Shown one piece after another: positions 25,596 through 31,401 of a stretch of DNA of 31,401 nt; position 1 is the stretch's first letter, and each line of letters starts with the position of its first letter. Origin of the DNA: a virus; IMG/VR virus record IMGVR_UViG_3300033144_005525, positions 1 to 31,401 of that record; one strand, 5' to 3'. The notes beneath the pieces were generated by a model. That model saw only the letters and a list, made by a program, of their open reading frames with translations, did not search any database and was not told the DNA's origin. The position numbers and the translations under genes were made by a program.

Positions 25596-26231
25596 TTATC
25601 CTCCGAAGACTTCGGCTCCCTCAGGAATCTTGGAGCCCTCTCCGCCAGGCTCAGTGAGCATAGTAGAAGGTTCCTCGGCCTTTTGCATCTCCTGCTCGAC
25701 GACTTCGGCCTCAGCCTTCTGGGCTTCTTCTTCGGAAGCCTTCTTGGCTTCTTCAGCTGCTTTTTTGGCAGCAGCTCTCTGTTCCTCGATGGCTGCTTTT
25801 CTTTCCTCGTTGACCTGCCGGAAGCACTCCTGCATCGTGTCTTTGTAGGTCTCCTGAGCAGACTCCTTGATGGAAGCCAGCTCTTCCGCAGTCAACTCTG
25901 CGAAGTCCAGATCAGACTTCTGCAGTAGGGTGTCGAGCATCTCGAAACGTCCGTAGGCCTCACGGACACCTCGATCGACGGCTTGGATATTGATGTCGAG
26001 ACGCTCCAACACGTTGGAGTGGATCTGCTGGTTCGCGCTGACGCCAGCAAGCTGTTGCCCTACAGCCACGATGAACTTCTCGAATCGATTGGACAGGCTG
26101 TTGAACTTGTCCGCCCACTCGTCACGGAAGGACTTGTACTCCTTCTGCATCTTCTCCGCGACGCGGACAACCTTGGAGATGCCGGTCTCTCCGGACTTCT
26201 CTTTGCTCTTTCCTTTGCTAGCTCTGCTCAT
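25596..26231 (-). CDS. Coiled-coil hypothetical protein (211 aa)
   Basis: Glu/Ala/Lys-rich helical C-terminus; AAGGGGG RBS. Confidence 0.75.
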   Translation of the reverse strand: MSRASKGKSKEKSGETGISKVVRVAEKMQKEYKSFRDEWADKFNSLSNRFEKFIVAVGQQLAGVSANQQIHSNVLERLDINIQAVDRGVREAYGRFEMLDTLLQKSDLDFAELTAEELASIKESAQETYKDTMQECFRQVNEERKAAIEEQRAAAKKAAEEAKKASEEEAQKAEAEVVEQEMQKAEEPSTMLTEPGGEGSKIPEGAEVFGG

Positions 26232-26514
26232 CGGATTCCCCCTTCTCGAGTATGACGACTTCCATGTTCTCGATGTCCTCGATGCTTTTCTTCAGATCTT
26301 TGATGGGACCTGTACTGATAGAAGCAAGGATCTCTTCGAGAGTATCCTCATCTACCACAGCTTTTAGACACTCAGGAACCTTGATAGCCTTATCTGGATT
26401 TCGACCGTCTTTGGTCACGTAGTTGTTATCGATGTAGTGGTACATAACTTCCCAGACAGCCAAATGGTGCTGGGCTTTGGTGAGGGATTCCTGTTGATCT
26501 TTCAGGGTCGGCAA
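26218..26514 (-). CDS. Hypothetical protein (98 aa)
   Basis: TTG start with GGAG RBS; overlaps the next gene start. Confidence 0.65.
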   Translation of the reverse strand: MPTLKDQQESLTKAQHHLAVWEVMYHYIDNNYVTKDGRNPDKAIKVPECLKAVVDEDTLEEILASISTGPIKDLKKSIEDIENMEVVILEKGESDEQS

Positions 26515-26516
26515 GC

Positions 26517-26555
26517 AAAGTCTCCGTGATTGACGGGATAAGAACTTTGTAGAGA
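26517..26555 (+). promoter_or_regulatory. Sigma28-like promoter motif copy 2 (AAAG-N13-CGGGATAAG-N5-TGTAGAGA)
   Basis: Same three blocks and same 13-nt spacer as 21025-21061; intergenic. Confidence 0.5.
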
Positions 26556-26620
26556 ACCGGGGAACTACCCTGGCCCTGGTGAAGCGTCTATTCGCGGATG
26601 AGGGCTAGGTTCCTTTACTT
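26549..26620 (+). ncRNA. Candidate small structured RNA
   Basis: Downstream of the promoter motif; GGAAC/GTTCC and CTGGCCCT/AGGGCTAG pairing followed by TTTACTT; no credible plus-strand ORF follows. Confidence 0.3.
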
Positions 26621-27199
26621 AGCCAACAGAACCGACGCTGCTCTTCCCCTAACCGAAGCCGACTTCATGAATTGAGAGATGAGTCCTTGTCGAGGGAAGT
26701 GTGCTCTGTAGGCCCGGTCCTTGATCTTGCTCTTAGTGACCTCGTCCCGAGCTAGTTCTTCTCCCCGCATAGCCTTAGCGAGTCGGAAAACATTCATTGG
26801 AGCCGCTGCTGATTTTTCTTTCATCATCTCTTTAGCTCCCTGCTTCATCCTCTTGATGTGCTTGCACTCCCCACTCGATCCCTTACGTTTGACGGACCGA
26901 ACGTAGGTAAAGTCTCCACAGGAACAGGAGAACCTACTGTTCTCTGGGTGATACTTGATCCGGTGCTTGCTACCGGTGTCACCGGGGACCAATACTCCCT
27001 TGGACTTCGACTGTTGTCGGAGCCCGATCATCTTGGAGAACCTGACCAGCTTCGGATCCGAGCGGGTGTCTTGTCTCACCGCTTCGGCAAACCGCTTGTC
27101 TTTGAGCTTCTTCTGAAAGCTCTGCCACTTCGGCTCGATGCTGAAGTGCTCATCCAGGAACTCTTGATGCTGGGGGAATATGGGAGTTGCTTTTGCCAT
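26615..27199 (-). CDS. Basic SWIM zinc-finger protein (194 aa)
   Basis: FSCSCGDF...ECKH matches SWIM CxC-xn-CxH. Confidence 0.75.
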   Translation of the reverse strand: MAKATPIFPQHQEFLDEHFSIEPKWQSFQKKLKDKRFAEAVRQDTRSDPKLVRFSKMIGLRQQSKSKGVLVPGDTGSKHRIKYHPENSRFSCSCGDFTYVRSVKRKGSSGECKHIKRMKQGAKEMMKEKSAAAPMNVFRLAKAMRGEELARDEVTKSKIKDRAYRAHFPRQGLISQFMKSASVRGRAASVLLAK

Positions 27200-27202
27200 C
27201 GC

Positions 27203-27874
27203 CTATGCTTTGAAGAATGCCTCGAACCGTCCTTCGACCGAAGCTCCGGCGGACGTGTCCTTGAGGATATTCTTTAGCGGGTAGATGAACAAGCCGCGAA
27301 GCTCGTGGGCCTTAGCTGCCCCTACCTTCTTCTCCATGATCTCTACCCGCATGTCCTGTCTATCGTACTTGCAGTAGATATCGGCGGCCATACCCAACTG
27401 CCTCCAGATTTTGGTGACGTGCTCAGCCAGGGCCTTGGTAGGTACGTTACCGAATCTCTGACCAGTCAAGTAGTCCGCATTGATCTGAGCAGAGCAGCCC
27501 TGACAGAAGGCTGTTCCACGGAAGATTCGATCTCCAGGGATGGGAGCCCAGCAACCGTCATTGTGCCCCTCTCGGACATCCTTGCACCAGTACATGAGCT
27601 CGTCGCCACCGCCATGGAATCTCTTGCCGGATTCGTAGGCCTGCAGACAGTAGGTGTTGGGACCGGTCACAGTGCGGTCTTTCCCGAACATGATCTCGAT
27701 CTTGTAGGGAGCGATTATCTGATCCGCTCCCATGATGTGAACGGTGTGTTCATCAGGAACGAAGTCACTTCTCCCGGACCTTTGGGATGCCTCATAGGTG
27801 CGACGCTGCGACGGGGTCAGCTTGTTGAGGTCAAAATCCTTACTAGCTTCTGAGAAGTTATCCATGTCATCCAC
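27203..27874 (-). CDS. Hypothetical protein with probable C4 zinc site (about 223 aa)
   Basis: YWC...GCW...FCQGC; start may be GTG 27874 or ATG 27865. Confidence 0.7.
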   Translation of the reverse strand: MDDMDNFSEASKDFDLNKLTPSQRRTYEASQRSGRSDFVPDEHTVHIMGADQIIAPYKIEIMFGKDRTVTGPNTYCLQAYESGKRFHGGGDELMYWCKDVREGHNDGCWAPIPGDRIFRGTAFCQGCSAQINADYLTGQRFGNVPTKALAEHVTKIWRQLGMAADIYCKYDRQDMRVEIMEKKVGAAKAHELRGLFIYPLKNILKDTSAGASVEGRFEAFFKA

Positions 27875-28481
27875 CTACTATGCCACTACCGCCAGTGGGT
27901 GGCTTGAAAGGGTTACCAAGTCGTTGGCTTCCGAACATTCCGTGAGCTCCAACTCCCTCTCGGTTTGGATAATTCCTGTCCAGATAAGGGTCCAACCCTG
28001 CCATTGGGATCTCTTCCACTCGATGGTGTGGAGGGACTTTGGGATTCCCCCTCGGGTCTGACTCAGGAGCTGCCGCCTGTCTGCGGACAGAAGAAGGGGA
28101 AGGTACAGCTAAGTGTTTTGGTGGAGGGGCGGCACGAAGCTGAGTAGGGACTCTCTCTGAAATGAAGGAACGGATGAGCTCTCCTAAAGTCTCGCTCATG
28201 AAGTTGGAGGTGATGCCTACATGCCACCCGTACACCATCTTTCCATCACGAACGAAGTACAGGCGGCAGATGTGGGAGACCCAGTAACACTCCCGACCTT
28301 TGTTAGCTTCCGCGGCTAACAGGATCTTCTCCACGATGTGGGCCCACTTGGTCTCGGCCCCCTTCTGAATTCGGCAGAGTATCTGCACATTCGAACTACC
28401 GAACTCGGCATTCAGCGCAGTCACAAATGGCAGGGAGTCCAGAGCGTGTGCCAGTCTCTCTGCATGTTCTTTGGAGCTCAT
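27867..28481 (-). CDS. Hypothetical protein with Pro-rich C-terminus (204 aa)
   Basis: AGGAGG RBS; ATGA overlap. Confidence 0.75.
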   Translation of the reverse strand: MSSKEHAERLAHALDSLPFVTALNAEFGSSNVQILCRIQKGAETKWAHIVEKILLAAEANKGRECYWVSHICRLYFVRDGKMVYGWHVGITSNFMSETLGELIRSFISERVPTQLRAAPPPKHLAVPSPSSVRRQAAAPESDPRGNPKVPPHHRVEEIPMAGLDPYLDRNYPNREGVGAHGMFGSQRLGNPFKPPTGGSGIVGG

Positions 28482-28804
28482 GTCGATTCGCCTCCTTCTA
28501 GGACGCCGAACTTTGGTCTGTCTGAATCATCGGCGTCTTCGATGACTCCCTCTCGTATCATGCGAATTGCTTCCGAGTACTCCGAGAGATTGCGCTCGAT
28601 GTGTGAGACAGCCATCTCTAGAGAACCGATTACAGCCCGTGCACCAGACCACTTATGCAACGGGGGGTATGACCTGGTGGAGTTGAGCGACTCATCTACC
28701 CTGGACCTCATGATGTCCAAGGACCTAACAAAGGCTTCTCTATCCTTCTGTAGCTCTTCGAACTCCTGCTGAATAGACGACAGACTGAGCCGCTGCTTGG
28801 TCAC
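28478..28804 (-). CDS. Coiled-coil hypothetical protein (108 aa)
   Basis: Probable GTG start at 28804 directly after the upstream stop; heptad pattern. Confidence 0.6.
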   Translation of the reverse strand: MTKQRLSLSSIQQEFEELQKDREAFVRSLDIMRSRVDESLNSTRSYPPLHKWSGARAVIGSLEMAVSHIERNLSEYSEAIRMIREGVIEDADDSDRPKFGVLEGGEST

Positions 28805-28805
28805 A

Positions 28806-29093
28806 CTAGCCTTCTTCCGGACCCAGGATGCTGCTGATCTCCTCTTGGTCGACGTGAAGACTGAGTGAGGCACCTCCCAGACGGGCATTAGCCCTGAGGC
28901 CTTCCTTCCGCGTGTAGGAGAGTCCGTAGTCGAGCTTCCGACCTAGGACCAGTCCTCGCTCCGTCTGAGGCTCGATAACTGTTCTCCCCGCCGAGCAATC
29001 ACCACAGAAAAGGATACCGGTCTTGTTCTCTTCGAGCAGCTCTTCCGGTTTCAGGTTCGTCTTGGAACATTCTTCGTTCTGACATCGCGGCAT
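28806..29093 (-). CDS. Small protein with N-terminal zinc ribbon (95 aa)
   Basis: CQNEEC and FCGDC; GGAGGT RBS. Confidence 0.7.
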   Translation of the reverse strand: MPRCQNEECSKTNLKPEELLEENKTGILFCGDCSAGRTVIEPQTERGLVLGRKLDYGLSYTRKEGLRANARLGGASLSLHVDQEEISSILGPEEG

Positions 29094-29123
29094 GTTGACC
29101 TCCCTTGGTTTGTTGTTCAGCCC

Positions 29124-29582
29124 TTAGATCTTCGTCGCTCTAACTTGGTGTGCGTACCGATGTTCCCCCACAAATAGGGGAGTTACTTCATCGATCTCCC
29201 ACACCTGATCATCATTTATCCGTCGGAACCTTCCAGTAGGTAGAAGCCAATCTGGGTATAGGTCCTTGGGGAAGATGAAGTTCTCCATCTCATCCAGGAA
29301 GACAACGATCTTACCTGTGGTCCAGCGGAGAGGTTGAACCAAGAAAGGTTCTCCCAGTGCGATGGACAGCCTGGTCTCATGGTTGTTTCGGTACTCCTCT
29401 TCTATCAGGCTATCCAGCTCCTCGACGAACTTCATCAACGTCGATTCGGAAGCTTCTCGTAAGTCTTCTTTACCTACCAGCTCGGAAGCTCCGCGATCTA
29501 GTGTTCCCCACTTCTCCATCAGGAGAGCAGTGTGTTTATTGACTAGTCCCGATTCCAGGATCTTCTGAACGATTGGCTTCAT
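29124..29582 (-). CDS. Hypothetical protein (152 aa)
   Basis: ATGA overlap, AAGGTG RBS. Confidence 0.7.
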   Translation of the reverse strand: MKPIVQKILESGLVNKHTALLMEKWGTLDRGASELVGKEDLREASESTLMKFVEELDSLIEEEYRNNHETRLSIALGEPFLVQPLRWTTGKIVVFLDEMENFIFPKDLYPDWLLPTGRFRRINDDQVWEIDEVTPLFVGEHRYAHQVRATKI

Positions 29583-30091
29583 GGCAATGTCACCTTCACT
29601 GCGTACTTGATGTCTGCCGCAGTAGCGTCTGGTTCCCTGGCCCCACAGATGATCAGGACATCCTCTTCCATGCTCTTTTCAAACAGCAGAGGAACTCCAT
29701 AGAGAGTGGTCGCCTTGCGACTGAAGAGGATCCACTTACGGAGCTCGAGGGGACCCCTACCGGACAGAATGTGGCTGGGAGAGCACCCAGCGTCTGAGAT
29801 CATCTCGATCATCTCGAACATCTGCTGGAACGGAGAGGCATCACTGTCCTCCGGCATGTACTCCTCCATATCCACTGTACGGAGAATGTCCCTGAACGAA
29901 ACTGACTTCTCTGCCGCTTCCTCTGGAGAAGCAACCCTCCAAAAGTCGATGGTGTCTTTCCTGGCATCTACTATGAATCGGACCACCCCAGGCTGAGTCA
30001 CTACCTTTTTCACCATACCGACGATGTTGTCCACCGTCTTTGTTGACAGAGGTAGAGCATCCTTGATGAGGACTGCTTCGTTATCGCTCAC
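29579..30091 (-). CDS. Hypothetical protein (170 aa)
   Basis: GTG start in a GTGA overlap, GAGG RBS. Confidence 0.7.
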   Translation of the reverse strand: MSDNEAVLIKDALPLSTKTVDNIVGMVKKVVTQPGVVRFIVDARKDTIDFWRVASPEEAAEKSVSFRDILRTVDMEEYMPEDSDASPFQQMFEMIEMISDAGCSPSHILSGRGPLELRKWILFSRKATTLYGVPLLFEKSMEEDVLIICGAREPDATAADIKYAVKVTLP

Positions 30092-30252
30092 TGCTGTTCC
30101 TCTCGTAGGGATGTCAAGTGATCAACAATGAGTTGAGTCAGGTTGGTGTTCTTCTTCAAGACGTAGTTGTCCGCCCAACGAACCAGGTCGGCGGGGATCC
30201 GAAAGTTCTTCCGGATCTTCCCGTTCTCGATCTTGGGTTTTTTTCTCTTCAT
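30088..30252 (-). CDS. Small ribbon-helix-helix DNA-binding protein (54 aa, MKRKKPKIENGKIRKNFRIPADLVRWADNYVLKKNTNLTQLIVDHLTSLREEQQ)
   Basis: Translated by hand; alternating KNFRIP strand plus two helices; GTGA overlap with the next gene; below the ORF track cutoff. Confidence 0.7.
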   Translation of the reverse strand: MKRKKPKIENGKIRKNFRIPADLVRWADNYVLKKNTNLTQLIVDHLTSLREEQQ

Positions 30253-30254
30253 CA

Positions 30255-30522
30255 CTACACGAGTAGATCTGGACTGACTCTGTACTTCTTACCGTCCTTC
30301 ACCGCCAAGTTGTTACCAGTGAGTTTGCCCATGTAGGTACCAATTACCCACAGGATCGATCACCACTGTCTGTGCGCCGATACTCAACATCTCTTCCGCT
30401 AGCTTTGTGGCTGTGTAGGTCTTTCCAGAACCACGCTTCGCGATGATGTTGATGACCTCGGTGATGATGTCTGTCCCAAAAGACAGATTCGACGCCAAGT
30501 GGATTTTGGTTCTCTTGCCCAC
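30255..30522 (-). pseudogene. Internally deleted HerA/DUF87-like P-loop ATPase
   Basis: Walker A IIAKRGSGKTYT and VVIDPVGNW, then early stop; a second frame gives GTYMGKLTGNNLAVKDGKKYRVSPDLLV* abutting the next gene. Confidence 0.7.
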
Positions 30523-30539
30523 AGTTCCTCCCGGATGGA

Positions 30540-30908
30540 CTAGGAATCGAACAGTTTGATTACCTTCCCTGTATCTTTCTCCCCTAGACCAGCCCGTCTA
30601 GAGGAAGTGAGTACTCCCATGAATGTGTGGATCTCAATCCCATCGACTTCGATTGGTAGACCCATAGGACACATACTCATGTTCATCTCTCGATGCAGGG
30701 GAGGTTTGATACAGAAGTTGATGACTACTTGCGCTCCGTCTGTGTGCATCTCCATCGTCCCTTCGTAGTCCCCACCAGGAACTTCGGAGATGGAAAAACT
30801 ATCGATAGAGTAAGTGGAGTCCGGGAGTCCAGCACCTGCAAAGGCTTTACGGAGCCTTTGTAGGGAGAACTCGTTAGAGAACACCTCTTTGAACTCTTCG
30901 ACGTTCAT
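30540..30908 (-). CDS. Hypothetical protein (122 aa)
   Basis: Starts 3 nt after the GroES-like stop; fills the gap. Confidence 0.65.
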   Translation of the reverse strand: MNVEEFKEVFSNEFSLQRLRKAFAGAGLPDSTYSIDSFSISEVPGGDYEGTMEMHTDGAQVVINFCIKPPLHREMNMSMCPMGLPIEVDGIEIHTFMGVLTSSRRAGLGEKDTGKVIKLFDS

Positions 30909-30911
30909 TGA

Positions 30912-31268
30912 CTACTCGCGGGTCATCAACCCAGACCACTCACCCATCTCTAGTTCTGGTGGAATAGCCATTAGCACGTCCTCGATGCGGAGGAGGAAGA
31001 TCTGGCAGTCGTCTTCATCCCGCTGGAAGGCATCGTGGAAGGCGTCCTTCAAGAAGCCCCGGTAGCAAACACGCTCCCCGGGCTCGACTTCCTTCATGGC
31101 CTCCGGACCACACTTGAGGACCATCCCAGTTCCTTCCATGACTCGCTCGACCTTGGTGAGCTCGTCGGTGAGAACGATCCCACCTAGAGTCTTCTTGACT
31201 CTGGGATCAGCTTTCACCAACACCCACTTGTGGAGTGGTCGGAAGGTCCTCCAATCGACGAGGGTCAT
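30912..31268 (-). CDS. groES: GroES/Cpn10-like co-chaperonin (118 aa)
   Basis: FRPLHKWVLVK...KTLGGIVL (mobile loop), GMVLKCGP, VEPGERV.Y, LLRIEDVLMAI. Confidence 0.85.
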   Translation of the reverse strand: MTLVDWRTFRPLHKWVLVKADPRVKKTLGGIVLTDELTKVERVMEGTGMVLKCGPEAMKEVEPGERVCYRGFLKDAFHDAFQRDEDDCQIFLLRIEDVLMAIPPELEMGEWSGLMTRE

Positions 31269-31401
31269 ACCTGTTCTGTTCCGTCCAGCCCTGAAGGGAT
31301 CGGAGTCTCCACCACCTGAGGCTTCCTCTCTTCTTCGGGCTTCAGGCCCAGAGCAACGAGGATGTCACTCTTGAGCCAAGACTGGGCCGGCTTGGAGAGG
31401 C
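31265..31401 (-). CDS. C-terminal fragment of an upstream gene (...LSKPAQSWLKSDILVALGLKPEEERKPQVVETPIPSGLDGTEQV*)
   Basis: Open from the window edge; ends in an ATGA overlap with the GroES-like gene. Confidence 0.6.
   Translation of the reverse strand, partial: LSKPAQSWLKSDILVALGLKPEEERKPQVVETPIPSGLDGTEQV

Noticed and set aside
1-31401. Stop-codon reassignment (alternative genetic code)
   Set aside because: Genes tile densely under the standard code and TAA, TAG and TGA all serve as stops at coupled junctions
1-31401. CRISPR array, tRNA, rRNA, integrase or transposase
   Set aside because: No regularly spaced repeats, cloverleaf-like sequences or recombinase motifs seen by eye; intergenic gaps are about 100 bp or less

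Overview
The window looks like part of a large tailed phage genome with no host housekeeping genes. From about 20970 down to 1 the minus strand carries a tightly coupled morphogenesis region: a tape-measure-like protein, two baseplate-like proteins, four small genes sharing an [AG]FxxELxKIA motif, a FliA/WhiG-like sigma factor, a pair of paralogous virion proteins and three modular tail-fibre-like paralogs. Positions 21077-25392 hold a mixed-orientation island with a membrane protein, a GIY-YIG/ribbon-helix-helix fusion, an ATP-dependent DNA ligase and hypotheticals. Positions 25389-31401 are minus-strand small genes including Zn-finger/SWIM proteins, an RHH protein missed by the ORF track, an internally deleted HerA-like ATPase and a GroES-like co-chaperonin. 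The strongest candidates for undescribed biology are (i) a sigma factor embedded in a K-x-A motif gene cluster, possibly virion-packaged and processed, together with two copies of a sigma28-like promoter AAAG-N13-CGGGATAAG, and (ii) a leaderless GIY-YIG-RHH gene whose sigma70 promoter overlaps an 8-bp inverted-repeat operator. All functional calls come from reading motifs by eye; no searches were run.
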